A DNA stretch of 64,000 nt from an uncultured Acidobacteriota bacterium (lineage in GTDB: Bacteria; Acidobacteriota; Thermoanaerobaculia; Multivoradales; DATKCC01), in contig CAVUBL010000010.1 in NCBI GenBank assembly GCA_963739795.1, positions 178,799-242,798 of the forward strand. The letters run 5' to 3'. The notes under the pieces were generated by a model. That model saw only the letters and a program-made list of their open reading frames with translations, did no database searches and had not been told where the DNA came from. This document shows, in pieces, positions 43,088 to 52,635 of the stretch (position 1 is its first letter; every line of letters starts with the position of its first letter). A program made the translations under genes and the position numbers.

Positions 43088-43150
43088 GACGCACGGGCGG
43101 GGGCGTTTCCTTCCCCCCGGAGGTTGGGAAGGGGATCGAGGGGTTGCGGG
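43088..43150 (+). repeat. copy B of the ~60 bp GC-rich palindromic dispersed repeat
   Basis: Aligns with copies A (reverse complement) and C over the core gggggcgtttccttcccccc...gggaaggggatcgaggggttgcggg. Lies 20 nt after the hppA stop. Coordinates approximate. Confidence 0.6.
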
Positions 43151-43171
43151 AGCGATCCGATCAGTTACAAT
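43144..43171 (+). promoter_or_regulatory. putative promoter of the rpsF-rpsR-rplI operon (TTGCGG-N16-TACAAT)
   Basis: Hexamers found by eye. The -35 element lies inside the 3' end of repeat copy B. A strong 11-bp GC hairpin (43187..43215) follows immediately, consistent with a structured leader. Confidence 0.3.
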
Positions 43172-43311
43172 AGGCCGCTCGAATCGCCGGGCCGGCGCTC
43201 ACCGCGCCGGCCCGGTCACTCTAACCTCTCTGTTCCGCCGGGCCCGCACCGGGCCCCCTTGCCGAGGTGATGGCGGGACCGAATGGCCAAAGGGAGGCAT
43301 CAGCCAAACCC

Positions 43312-43695
43312 ATGCGCACCTATGAGCTGACGTACGTCGTCGACCCGCGCGCCTCCGACGAGGAGGCCGAGGCGTTGCACGAGACGGTCAAGAAGCTGGT
43401 GACCGACGGCGGCGCCCAGATCACCCGCGAGGAGAACTGGGGACGCCGCAAGCTGGCATATCCCATCGAGAAGCAGACCGAGGGCCGCTACATGCTCTTG
43501 TACCTCCACGCCGAAACGGTGTTCCGGGGCATCCAGGAGCTGGAGCACCGCCTCGAGCAGAGCGACAAGGTTCTGCGCTATCTCACCGTCCGGACCGACG
43601 AGGACCTCAAGCGGGCCCACGGCACGGTCACCCCCGAGCTCGCCGCCGGCATGACCGGGGACGACGAGGCGGACGAGACCGCAGAGGAGGCCTGA
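43312..43695 (+). CDS. rpsF: 30S ribosomal protein S6
   Basis: [12 protein letters not shown]...[13 protein letters not shown]6 signature with an acidic tail. AGGGAGG Shine-Dalgarno upstream. The track ORF begins 45 nt earlier, but that extension does not resemble S6. Confidence 0.9.
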   Translation: MRTYELTYVVDPRASDEEAEALHETVKKLVTDGGAQITREENWGRRKLAYPIEKQTEGRYMLLYLHAETVFRGIQELEHRLEQSDKVLRYLTVRTDEDLKRAHGTVTPELAAGMTGDDEADETAEEA

Positions 43696-43697
43696 GC

Positions 43698-43934
43698 GTG
43701 GCACGTACCGGAAAGAAGACGTTCTACCGCCGCCGGAAGGTCTGCAAGTTCTGCGCGGACCACATCGAGTACATCGACTACAAGGACATCCGGCTCCTGC
43801 AGCAGTTCACTCCGGAGCGGGCGAAGATCCTTCCGCGCCGGATCTCCGGCACCTGTGCCAAGCACCAGCGGGTGCTTCAGCAGGCGATCAAACGGGCCCG
43901 CCACCTGGCGTTCTTGCCCTTCGCCACGGACTAG
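43698..43934 (+). CDS. rpsR: 30S ribosomal protein S18
   Basis: [42 protein letters not shown], the canonical S18 sequence. GTG start. Confidence 0.9.
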   Translation: MARTGKKTFYRRRKVCKFCADHIEYIDYKDIRLLQQFTPERAKILPRRISGTCAKHQRVLQQAIKRARHLAFLPFATD

Positions 43935-43949
43935 AGGGGGAGATCGACC

Positions 43950-44396
43950 ATGGAGGTCATACTGCTGAAGGACCAGCGGAGCCTGGGCAAGCGCGGCGAG
44001 ATCGTCGAGGTCAGGCCGGGCTACGCCCGCAACTTCCTCCTGCCCCAGGGGTTGGCCCTCGAGGCGAACCAGGGCAGCCTCAAGGTGTTCGAGCAGCACC
44101 GGGCACGGATCGAGGCCGAGCACGCCAGGGAGCGGGAGGCGGCGGAAGCGGTGGCCGAGACCATCCGCGGAACCCGCGTCATCCTGCACAAGCGGGCGAG
44201 CGACGCCCAGACCCTCTACGGCTCGGTGACCGCTACCGAGATCGCCGAGGCCCTCTCGGCCCAGGGGGTCGACGTCGACCGCCGCCGCATCGATCTCGAG
44301 GGCGGGATCAAGACCGTCGGCGACCACCACATCGAGATCCACCTCCACGCCGACGTCAACGCCGAGCTGGTGGTGACCGTTCTGCCCGAAGAGTAG
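43950..44396 (+). CDS. rplI: 50S ribosomal protein L9
   Basis: MEVILLKDQRSLGKRGEIVEVRPGYARNFLLPQGLA, the canonical L9 N-domain. Confidence 0.9.
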   Translation: MEVILLKDQRSLGKRGEIVEVRPGYARNFLLPQGLALEANQGSLKVFEQHRARIEAEHAREREAAEAVAETIRGTRVILHKRASDAQTLYGSVTATEIAEALSAQGVDVDRRRIDLEGGIKTVGDHHIEIHLHADVNAELVVTVLPEE

Positions 44397-44404
44397 TCTC
44401 CTTC

Positions 44405-44442
44405 GGCGACGCCCTCTCGGCCTGTCCCGGGAGGGCGTCGCC
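44405..44442 (+). terminator. 12-bp GC hairpin (ggcgacgccctc / gagggcgtcgcc) after rplI, no U-tract
   Basis: Perfect inverted repeat 9 nt after the rplI stop. It may be an intrinsic-terminator-like structure for the r-protein operon. The absence of a T-run makes this weak. Confidence 0.25.
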
Positions 44443-44448
44443 CACTCC

Positions 44449-45723
44449 ATGTCGGACGACGCCGGCAACGACCGCCCCGACGCCCCCGTGGCTACCTCGC
44501 GGGCCCGGGACCGGCCTGAGGTGCGGCGCGAGCCGTCCATCGACGACTTCCTGGGCCGGCCCACCCGCGATCTCGAGGACTGGACCTGGCTCTGGGCGGG
44601 CGACCACCCGTTCCCCATCGAGAGCCACCGGGGCTTCGTCGGCCGCCTCCTGGTCGGCGTCAAGAAGCTGCTCCGGCCGCTGGTGAAGGCGCCCCAGGCC
44701 GACCTCTGGGACCGCCAGCGGGTGTTCAACCAGGTGCTCCTCGGCTACCTGAGAGACCTCGAGGCGCGCCGCCACGACGAGCGCATCGGCCACCTGGAGA
44801 ACTTCGTCCCCCGCGCCCTGCGCGACCTCCTCCGCCACAACGACGCCCTCTTCGCCCGGGTCGACCAGCGCCTGGACCGCCACCGCCGGGAGGCCCAGGA
44901 CCTGCTGCGCGCCCTGGGCGGCGCCCTGGCCAAGGTGGAGGCCGAGACGAAGGCGCAGGTGCCGGGAGAGGCGTCCGCCGCGCCCGGCCCGGAGACCCGG
45001 AAGCTCGCCAGGATCTGGGACGAGCAGGCCTACCTCGCCTTCGAGCGGCGCTTCCGGGGGAGCGAGGAGGAGATCCACGAGCGCCTGCGGGTGCACGCCG
45101 AGAGCCTGCGCTCCGTGGCGGGTTTGGGGCCGGTCCTCGACCTGGGATGCGGACGGGGAGAGGCCCTGGCCGTGCTCTCCGCGGCGGGCCTCGCGGCCCG
45201 CGGGATCGACTCCAGCGCCGAAATGGTAGCCCGGTGCCGGGAGCGGGGGCTCGACGCCGAGGTCGGGGACCTCGTGGCCGCCCTGGCGGAGGTGGAGGAG
45301 GGGACCCTCGGGGGAGTGGTCTCCTTCCACGTCGTCGAGCACCTGCCGGCCGCCGACCTCGACCGCATGGTGCGCCTCGCCTTCCGCGCCCTGGCCCCCG
45401 GGGGGATGCTGATCCTCGAGACCCCCAACCCCCTGTCGGTCCTGGTGGCCGCCCGCGGCTTCTGGCGCGACCCGACCCACCAGCGCCCCATCCACCCCGA
45501 GACCCTCGAGCTCATGGCGCGGCAGGCGGGCTTCGAGCCGGTGGAGCGGGTCGGCCTCCAGCCCTTCCCCGAAGCGGAACGCCTGCCGGAGATCGACCTC
45601 TCGCAGGTCCCCGAAGAGCAGCGCCAGCTCGCCGACCGGGTCAATCGCCTCCGCGATCGCCTCGACGAGATCCTCTACGGCGACCAAGACTACGCGATCG
45701 TCGCCACGCGGCCGTCGGAGTAA
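44449..45723 (+). CDS. class I SAM-dependent methyltransferase with ~200-aa uncharacterised N-terminal domain
   Basis: The C-terminal half carries the SAM-binding motif I (VLDLGCGRGE) and downstream MTase motifs (VVSFHVVEHLP, GGMLILETPN). The N-terminal half has no recognisable motif. Confidence 0.7.
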   Translation: MSDDAGNDRPDAPVATSRARDRPEVRREPSIDDFLGRPTRDLEDWTWLWAGDHPFPIESHRGFVGRLLVGVKKLLRPLVKAPQADLWDRQRVFNQVLLGYLRDLEARRHDERIGHLENFVPRALRDLLRHNDALFARVDQRLDRHRREAQDLLRALGGALAKVEAETKAQVPGEASAAPGPETRKLARIWDEQAYLAFERRFRGSEEEIHERLRVHAESLRSVAGLGPVLDLGCGRGEALAVLSAAGLAARGIDSSAEMVARCRERGLDAEVGDLVAALAEVEEGTLGGVVSFHVVEHLPAADLDRMVRLAFRALAPGGMLILETPNPLSVLVAARGFWRDPTHQRPIHPETLELMARQAGFEPVERVGLQPFPEAERLPEIDLSQVPEEQRQLADRVNRLRDRLDEILYGDQDYAIVATRPSE

Positions 45724-45738
45724 GCTCCCGCCGCCCCT

Positions 45739-48246
45739 TCACTCCGCGCCCGGCGCGCCCTCCCCGGACACCTCGTCGGTGTCGGCGGCGATGGACTGGG
45801 GAGTGGGCATGCGCTCGCCGCGTTTGGGGAGGTAGAAGGCCTCCTGCTGGTACCAGGGAAGGCTCAGGATGAGACCCCACTTGGGGCTGTAGGTCTGGGC
45901 CGGCTCGGTGCCCGCCACGAACGCCTCCCGGAAGCCGTCGTCGTCGGTGAGCAGGCCGCTCCGGTAGTCGATGTCCGTGAAGGTCACCCCCGCCGGCGGC
46001 TGAAACTCGCCCCCCTTCTCGATCCAGCCCTGGTCGAGACCGGCCTCGGCGATCTGTTTCCAGATCGGGGCCGCGGCTACCGAGCCTTCCATTCCCTTGC
46101 CCAGCGTGCGCTTCACGTCGTAGCCCACCCAGGTGAGGATCGTGTAGCGGGGCGTGAAGCCGATGAACCAGGCGTCGGTGTAGTCGTCCGTGGTGCCGGT
46201 CTTGCCTGCGATCGCCACGGGGAGGTCGTTGAGGCGCCGGGCGGTGCCTCGGTCGACCACGCCCTCCAGCATATGGGTGAGCACGTAGGCCACTTGCGGC
46301 GAGGTCGCCGTGTGGGTCTTGGGGAAGTGCTCCTCGAGAGTCCGATCGTCGGGCGTCCGGATCCGCTCGATCATGTAGGGCTCGACCCACGTGCCCTGGT
46401 TGGCGATGGCGGCGTAGGCCGCCGCGAGCTCGATGGGGTGCAGCTCGGCGCTGCCCAGGGCGAGGCTGGGGTAGGGAGGTAGGGTCGACGTGATGCCGCA
46501 GCGCCGGGCGAAGTCGATGACCCGCTCGACGCCCACCATGTCGAGGAGCTTGACGGCGGGCACGTTGATGGACGACTCGAGAGCCCGCCGCAGGGTCAGG
46601 ATGCCGTAGTGGCGACGGCCGTGGTTCTTGGGCTCGTAGCTGTCCGGGCCGTCCGCTCCGGGGAAGGTCGTGGGGCCATCGAAGATCGTGTCGGCCGGGG
46701 TATAGCCGGCTTCCAGGGCGGCCCCGTAAACGAACAGCTTGAAAGCGGATCCCACCTGCCGCTTGGCCTGGACGGCGCGATTGAATTTGCTCCGGTCGAA
46801 GTCCCAGCCGCCCACCATGCCACGGATCGCCCCCGAGGCCGACTCGATGACCAGGACCGCCCCCTCCACCTTTGGCTCCTGCTCGAGCTGGAGGACCGGC
46901 TCGCCCCCCGCGTCGCTTTCCGGGGCCGCGAGCCGGAACCAGGCCACGTCACCAGGGTGGAGGAGGTCGCTCGGCCGTCTCCGGCCGGTCCATTCCATCC
47001 CCGGGGCCGAGAGGGTGTAGACCTGATCGTGGATCTTCACCCGCGCCTTGCGAGTGCTCGAGTCGAGGACGATCCCCTGGTACCAGGGGCCGGGCTGGGG
47101 CTCGGCGCTGTTCCAGGACGGGAGGGTCTTCGACTCCAGGTCGTCGCCCTCGAGCTTCAGGACCGGGCCCCGGAAGCCGCGGCGGTGATCGAGGCGCTCG
47201 AGGCCGGCGCGGAGGGCCGCCTCCGCCGCCGCCTGGATCCGTGAGTCGAGGGTGGTCTCCACCTGCAGACCGCCCTCGAGCAACCGGGTGGCTCCGTACT
47301 GCGCCTCCAGGTGCTGGCGCACCTCCTCGGCGAAGTAGGGCGCCACCTGGTCGTGGGGACCCTGCTGGACGACTAGGAGGGGCTCCTGTTGAGCCTCCTC
47401 GGAGTGCTGGCGGGTGATGTAGCCCTCGGAGGCCATCCGGCGGATCACGTAGTTGCGGCGGCGGATGACCAGGTCGGGCCGCCGGTAGGGGCTGTACTCG
47501 CTCGGCCGCTGGATGATCCCCGCCAGCGTGGCCGCCTCCACCAGTGACAGCTTCGAGGCCGGCTTGTTGAAGTAGAAGCGCGAGGCGGCCTCGACGCCGT
47601 AGCGCCCGTGCCCCAGGTTCACCAGGTTGCAGTAGAGGGTGAGGATCTGCTGCTTGGTGAGGTTCTTCTCCAGCTCGACCGCCAGGAAGGCCTCCTCGAT
47701 CTTGCGCCGCCAGGTCTTCTCCCGCGACAAATAGAGCATGCGGGCGAGCTGCATGGTGATCGTGGAGGCGCCGGAGAACTTGCGCCCGCGCTCGAGATTC
47801 GCCACCGCCGAGCGGAGAACGCCCAGGGCGTCGACCCCGCCGTGGTGGAAGAAGTTGCCGTCCTCGGCGGAGGTCACGGCCTGCTGGACGATCTCCGGGA
47901 GCTGGCCCTCTTCGAGCATCACCCGGCGCTGGCGCGCGTAGGTGGCGAAGACCTTCCCCGCGCTGTCGTGGATCTCGGTGATCAGGGTCGGCGTGTAGTC
48001 GGTGATCGACTCGACCCGCGGCATGTTGATCGCCGCGGCGACGCCGACGCCACCGATGATGCCGATGCCCACGGCTCCGACCAGGGGCAAGATCCAGATC
48101 AGCAGGTGCCGGCGGCCCGAGAGCCGGCGGAGCCAGCCTCTCTTGCGGCGGACCCCGGCGGCGGGCTGGTCCGGGCGGTCGCCGGCGGTCGCCGCGCCGT
48201 GGGGTTCCGAGGGGGCGCCGGGGGTGTCGAGGGGGTCGTACTCCAT
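45739..48246 (-). CDS. mrcA: class A penicillin-binding protein 1A (glycosyltransferase + transpeptidase)
   Basis: GT51 motifs (EDGNFFHHGGVD, GASTITMQLARML, RKIEEAFLAVELEKNLTKQQILTLYCN) and the TPase SxxK (SAFK), SxN (SIN) and KTG (KTGTT) motifs. The start is the ATG at 48246 (MEYDPL), followed by a TM helix. The track ORF extends a further 1 kb 5', but that extension is Arg/Pro-rich and rejected. Confidence 0.9.
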   Translation of the reverse strand: MEYDPLDTPGAPSEPHGAATAGDRPDQPAAGVRRKRGWLRRLSGRRHLLIWILPLVGAVGIGIIGGVGVAAAINMPRVESITDYTPTLITEIHDSAGKVFATYARQRRVMLEEGQLPEIVQQAVTSAEDGNFFHHGGVDALGVLRSAVANLERGRKFSGASTITMQLARMLYLSREKTWRRKIEEAFLAVELEKNLTKQQILTLYCNLVNLGHGRYGVEAASRFYFNKPASKLSLVEAATLAGIIQRPSEYSPYRRPDLVIRRRNYVIRRMASEGYITRQHSEEAQQEPLLVVQQGPHDQVAPYFAEEVRQHLEAQYGATRLLEGGLQVETTLDSRIQAAAEAALRAGLERLDHRRGFRGPVLKLEGDDLESKTLPSWNSAEPQPGPWYQGIVLDSSTRKARVKIHDQVYTLSAPGMEWTGRRRPSDLLHPGDVAWFRLAAPESDAGGEPVLQLEQEPKVEGAVLVIESASGAIRGMVGGWDFDRSKFNRAVQAKRQVGSAFKLFVYGAALEAGYTPADTIFDGPTTFPGADGPDSYEPKNHGRRHYGILTLRRALESSINVPAVKLLDMVGVERVIDFARRCGITSTLPPYPSLALGSAELHPIELAAAYAAIANQGTWVEPYMIERIRTPDDRTLEEHFPKTHTATSPQVAYVLTHMLEGVVDRGTARRLNDLPVAIAGKTGTTDDYTDAWFIGFTPRYTILTWVGYDVKRTLGKGMEGSVAAAPIWKQIAEAGLDQGWIEKGGEFQPPAGVTFTDIDYRSGLLTDDDGFREAFVAGTEPAQTYSPKWGLILSLPWYQQEAFYLPKRGERMPTPQSIAADTDEVSGEGAPGAE

Positions 48247-48339
48247 GGAGGGGATTCTAGCCCGGCGGCTTGCCGCCTCCGGCGCGCGATGATAGAACCG
48301 GAGCCGCGCCGGCCCCATTCCGCCCGGCCGACCCACCTC

Positions 48340-48924
48340 ATGAGCGAGCTCGACCGACCGGACGCCCCGACTCCGCAGCCCGAGCCCCCGGCCGCACCGT
48401 CCCCCTTCGACCCGCCGCCGGGTGCGGGCGGAGAAGGGCGCGGGACCGGCCCCGGAGTGGGCAAGCCCCTGCTCATCGGCTGCGGCGCTCTCTTCGTTCT
48501 CCTGATCGCCGCCGTGGTGCTGTTCGTGGTCAAGGAGAGCTCCATCTTCGGATGGTTCCTGGAGACGGTCCAGACCGAGATCCAGTCCTTGGTGCCGACC
48601 GATCTCCCCAAGGCCGAGCGCGACCGCCTCGACCGGGCCTTCGCGGTGGCCATCGAGGCGACGCGCGCCGGCCAGGCCGATCCCATCGCCCTCCAGCAGG
48701 CGCTGCAGCAGATCCAGCGCGGGGTCTCGGCCGCCGCGGAGCAAGGGCAGAAGGCGAAGCTCTCGCCGGCCGCCGTCGAGGAGATCACCAAGGCCCTGGA
48801 GGCGATTCCACGCTCCGGGTCGGGCCAAGAGCCGCGCCCGGAGGAGGCGCCGGCACCGGCCCAGCCCGCCCCCCAGCCCGGAGACGGGCAGGCCACGGGG
48901 CCGCCTCCGGTCTCTTCGGTCTGA
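48340..48924 (+). CDS. hypothetical single-pass membrane protein
   Basis: ATG at 48340, a Pro-rich N-terminus, one TM helix ([21 protein letters not shown]) and a helical Gln/Ala-rich C-terminus. Divergent from mrcA. Confidence 0.45.
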   Translation: MSELDRPDAPTPQPEPPAAPSPFDPPPGAGGEGRGTGPGVGKPLLIGCGALFVLLIAAVVLFVVKESSIFGWFLETVQTEIQSLVPTDLPKAERDRLDRAFAVAIEATRAGQADPIALQQALQQIQRGVSAAAEQGQKAKLSPAAVEEITKALEAIPRSGSGQEPRPEEAPAPAQPAPQPGDGQATGPPPVSSV

Positions 48925-48994
48925 CCCTGCCGGAACAAACCCGCGGCCGGAGGCGGTTGTAGCTCCGCCGGCGCGCGGCGCCGGACCCACCGCC

Positions 48995-50986
48995 ATGGAC
49001 CGCTTCCGCCTCGTCTCGCCCTTCGAGCCCCAGGGAGACCAGCCCGAGGCCATCCGCCAGCTCGTGGAGGGCGTCCGGCGCGGCGACCGCGAGCAGGTTC
49101 TCCTCGGGGTCACCGGCTCGGGCAAGACCTTTTCGATCGCCAAGATGGTGGAGGCCGTCAACCGGCCGACCCTCGTCTTGTCCCACAACAAGACCCTGGG
49201 GGCCCAGCTCTTCCAGGAGTTCCGGAGCTTCTTCCCCGACAACGCGGTGGAGTACTTCGTCTCCTACTACGACTACTACCAGCCCGAGGCGTACGTACCC
49301 CAGAGCGACACGTACATCGAAAAGGAGACCTCGATCAACGAGGAGATCGACCGCCTCCGGCTGCGCGCCACCAAAGCTCTGTTCGAGCGCCGGGACGTGC
49401 TGGTCGTGGCCTCGGTCTCGTGCATCTACGGCCTGGGCTCACCGGAGGCGTTCTTCGGCATGCTCCGGTTCTTCGAGGTGGGAGCCGACGCCGGCCTCGA
49501 CGCGGCCCTGGCGAGCCTGGTCGCCATGCAGTACGACCGCACCAATCTCGACCTCTTCCACGGCTCGTTCCGGGTGCGCGGCGACATTCTGGAGATCCTC
49601 CCCGCCTACGAGGACAAGGGGATCCGGATCGAGTACTTCGGCGACGAGATCGAGCGGATCAGCCGCTTCGACCCCCTGCGCGGCGACGTGCTTTCGACCC
49701 CGGACAAGGTCGCGGTCTTCCCTCGGACCCACTACGTGACCCCGCCCGAGCGCCTCCTCGCGGCGATCGAGGGCATCCGCCTCGAGCTCGCCGAGCGCCT
49801 CGCCGAGCTCGAAGGCGAGGGCAAGCTCCTGGAGTCGCAGCGCCTCGAGCAGCGGACCCGCTTCGACCTGGAGATGCTCAAGGAGATCGGCTACTGCCAC
49901 GGCATCGAGAACTACTCCCGGCATCTCTCGGGGCGGGAGGCTGGAGAGCCGCCGCCGACTCTCCTCGACTACCTGCCGGAAGACTTCCTCCTGATCGTGG
50001 ACGAAAGCCACCAGACCATGCCCCAGGTGCGGGCCATGTACCACGGCGACCGCTCCCGCAAGCAGACGCTCGTGGACTACGGCTTCCGCCTGCCCAGCGC
50101 CCTCGACAACCGGCCCCTGACCTTCGAGGAGTTCGACGCCCTGGTGGGCCAGCGGATCTACGTCTCGGCGACGCCGGCTCCCTTCGAGCTCGAGCGCACC
50201 GGCGGCGTGGTGGTGGAGCAGCTCATCCGCCCCACCGGCCTCCTGGACCCGGTGATCGAGATCCGCCCGGCCCGAGGCCAGGTCGACGACCTGATCGCCG
50301 AGATTCGCAAGGTGGTGGAGACGCGCGAGCGGGCCCTGGTGACCACCCTGACCAAGCGCATGGCCGAGGAGCTCACCCAGTACCTGACCGAGCTCGGCCT
50401 GCGGGTGCGCTACATGCACTCGGACATCGAGACCCTGGAGCGGGTGGAGATCGTCACCGCCCTGCGTCGCGGGGAGTTCGACGTGCTGGTGGGCATCAAT
50501 CTCCTGCGCGAGGGCCTGGACCTGCCGGAGGTCAGCCTGGTGGCGATCCTCGACGCCGACAAGGAGGGTTTCCTGCGCAGCCAGACCTCCCTCGTTCAGA
50601 CGGCGGGACGGGCGGCGCGCAACATCCACGGCCGGGTGATCTTCTACGCCGACCGGGAAACCGGCAGCATCGCGCGCGCCCTGGAAGAGACCACCCGGCG
50701 TCGCGAGGTGCAGCGGGCCTACAACGAGGAGCACGGCATCGAGCCGGCGACGATCCTCAAGGACATCCACAGCCCCCTGGTGGCCCTGGCGAACCTGGAC
50801 TACTACGAGACCGGGCAGCCCCAGATCCTGGAGGTGGCCGAGCGCTCCGAGATCCCCCTCGCCGAGCGCATCCAGCGCCTGGAGAAGGAGATGAAGGCCG
50901 CCGCCAAGCGCCTGGAGTTCGAGGAGGCCGCGGCCCTCCGGGACAAGCTCAAGGAGCTACGGGAGCTCCAGATCTTCTCGGCGTGA
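48995..50986 (+). CDS. uvrB: excinuclease ABC subunit B
   Basis: Walker A (GVTGSGKTF), the beta-hairpin region ([12 protein letters not shown]), helicase motifs and the UVR domain at the C-terminus ([11 protein letters not shown]). Confidence 0.95.
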   Translation: MDRFRLVSPFEPQGDQPEAIRQLVEGVRRGDREQVLLGVTGSGKTFSIAKMVEAVNRPTLVLSHNKTLGAQLFQEFRSFFPDNAVEYFVSYYDYYQPEAYVPQSDTYIEKETSINEEIDRLRLRATKALFERRDVLVVASVSCIYGLGSPEAFFGMLRFFEVGADAGLDAALASLVAMQYDRTNLDLFHGSFRVRGDILEILPAYEDKGIRIEYFGDEIERISRFDPLRGDVLSTPDKVAVFPRTHYVTPPERLLAAIEGIRLELAERLAELEGEGKLLESQRLEQRTRFDLEMLKEIGYCHGIENYSRHLSGREAGEPPPTLLDYLPEDFLLIVDESHQTMPQVRAMYHGDRSRKQTLVDYGFRLPSALDNRPLTFEEFDALVGQRIYVSATPAPFELERTGGVVVEQLIRPTGLLDPVIEIRPARGQVDDLIAEIRKVVETRERALVTTLTKRMAEELTQYLTELGLRVRYMHSDIETLERVEIVTALRRGEFDVLVGINLLREGLDLPEVSLVAILDADKEGFLRSQTSLVQTAGRAARNIHGRVIFYADRETGSIARALEETTRRREVQRAYNEEHGIEPATILKDIHSPLVALANLDYYETGQPQILEVAERSEIPLAERIQRLEKEMKAAAKRLEFEEAAALRDKLKELRELQIFSA

Positions 50987-52146
50987 CCTACCTCGACGGA
51001 TTCCGCGTCCTCGACCTCTCGCGGGTGCTCGCCGGGCCCCTCGCCACCCAGATCCTGGCCGACCTCGGGGCGGAGGTGTTGAAAGTCGAGCCGCCGGAGG
51101 GGGACGTGACCCGGCAGTGGGGGCCGCCCTTCCTGGGCACCGACGCGTCGTACTACCACGCGATCAACCGGGACAAGGCGTCCCTGGTCCTCGATCTACG
51201 GCGCGAGGCCGACCGGCGGCGCCTGGACGAGCTCGCCGGTCGGGCGGACGCCGTGGTCCACAACTACACGCCGTCGGCGGCCGACCGCCTCGGGCTGTCG
51301 GAGGTCCTGGAGCGCGCGGCCGAGCGGGCGGTGGTCCTGGGAGTCACCGGCTACCGGGGGGCGCGACGGGAAGACGTCGGTTTCGACCTGGTGCTCCAGG
51401 CGGAGGCCGGCTGGATGGCCATCACCGGGCCGGAGGAAGGCGAGCCCCACCGGGTCGGCGTGGCCGTGGTCGACGTGCTGACCGGAATGATGGCCGCGAG
51501 CGGCGTGCTGGCCGCCTTGCTCCGTCGCGAGCGGCACGGAGGGGGCGCGGTGCTCGGCGTCTCGCTCTTCCAGACCGCTCTCTGGAGCCTGGTCAACGTC
51601 GTCCAGGGGCACCTGGCGACCGGCGAGCCGACCCGCAGGCACGGCAACCGGCACCCGAGCCTGGCGCCCTACGAGCTCTTCCGGGCCGCCGACGGAGCCC
51701 TGGTGATCGGCGTCGGGACCGATGCCCAGTACGACCGGCTGTGCGACCTGTTGGGCATCACCGATCCCACGCTCCGCGGCCTGGACAACGCCGCGCGCGT
51801 GGCTCGCCGGCTGGCGATCGGTGAGGCGATCGGCGAGCGGGTCGTGGCCCGGCAGCGGGCCGATCTGCTGGCGTCGCTGCACGCGGCGCGCATCCCCGCC
51901 GGGCCGGTGCTCCGCCCGGACGAGGCCGTCGCCGCCTGCCGCTCCTGGGATCCGGGAGCGATGCTCGCCCTCGACCACGAATCCCTGGGGCGCCTCGAGT
52001 ACCTCGCCCCGCCCCTCGAAGGAGCTGGCCTGAGGGTGGCCCACAGCCCGCCACCGCTCCTGGGCGAGGGCGGCGAGGAGATGGCCCGGCGGTGGCTCGG
52101 CGCCGGCGGGCGGGGCGCTCTTGACGGTTCGAGGGGCGGGCCGTAG
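50983..52146 (+). CDS. CoA-transferase family III (CaiB/BaiF/Frc-like) protein
   Basis: [34 protein letters not shown]-terminus and the GxxAD..ALWSL regions typical of family III CoA-transferases. The GTG start overlaps the uvrB stop (GTGA). Confidence 0.8.
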   Translation: MTYLDGFRVLDLSRVLAGPLATQILADLGAEVLKVEPPEGDVTRQWGPPFLGTDASYYHAINRDKASLVLDLRREADRRRLDELAGRADAVVHNYTPSAADRLGLSEVLERAAERAVVLGVTGYRGARREDVGFDLVLQAEAGWMAITGPEEGEPHRVGVAVVDVLTGMMAASGVLAALLRRERHGGGAVLGVSLFQTALWSLVNVVQGHLATGEPTRRHGNRHPSLAPYELFRAADGALVIGVGTDAQYDRLCDLLGITDPTLRGLDNAARVARRLAIGEAIGERVVARQRADLLASLHAARIPAGPVLRPDEAVAACRSWDPGAMLALDHESLGRLEYLAPPLEGAGLRVAHSPPPLLGEGGEEMARRWLGAGGRGALDGSRGGP

Positions 52147-52206
52147 CCTCGGTTCCCGTTGCCCGGTCGCCGGTTCCAACCGAGTCGGCGCCGTGGAGGT
52201 CTCCCG

Positions 52207-52632
52207 ATGCCGAGTCGCCAGACGAAGCCTAGCCTCACCCGAAAGTGCCTCAAGAACAAGTTCCAGAAGAAGTACTCGAGTCTCCACGGCCAGTACACCG
52301 GCTACACCTCGAAGACGGTCATTCGGCGGCCGCCGCGCAAGATCACCTTCGGCGAGCGGCGCTCCCAGTTCCTCAAGAACCCGGGGCACTTCTGGAACAC
52401 CACCAACCAGTGTCACACCGCGATCTTCAAGCTCCTCGTCGAGCAGGGGAAGATCTCGTCCGACGACCTGGACCAGGACTTCGACGAGAGGACCCTCCTC
52501 GACCCCTTCGAGACCACGACCTATCGGCCCGACCTCCGAAGCGTCGGTGACGACCTCCTGGAGGAGCTCCACTACGCCTCCGACTCCGACTCCGAGGACG
52601 AGTCCGACGTGGAGACGTTCGATGTCGACTAG
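52207..52632 (+). CDS. small hypothetical protein, basic N-terminal half and strongly acidic C-terminal tail
   Basis: 141 aa from the ATG at 52207 (the track ORF starts at 52159). GC3-rich codon usage like neighbouring genes. The N-terminus is rich in Lys and Arg with Cys and His (RKCLKNKFQKKYSSLH...NQCHTAIF), and the C-terminus reads DSDSEDESDVETFDVD. The stop lies 3 nt before the uvrC GTG. Confidence 0.5.
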   Translation: MPSRQTKPSLTRKCLKNKFQKKYSSLHGQYTGYTSKTVIRRPPRKITFGERRSQFLKNPGHFWNTTNQCHTAIFKLLVEQGKISSDDLDQDFDERTLLDPFETTTYRPDLRSVGDDLLEELHYASDSDSEDESDVETFDVD

Positions 52633-52635
52633 CCC

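Noticed and set aside
48247-49242. 5' extension of the PBP1A ORF (track ORF 45739..49242) and other long antisense ORFs (5371..7446, 17287..19533, 20527..21861, 40829..42937, 59996..61639)
   Set aside because: PBP1A has a clean ATG at 48246 followed by its TM helix, and the extension is Arg/Pro-rich. The others are antisense to ClpC, NAD-GDH, HppA and HisC respectively and have no motifs.
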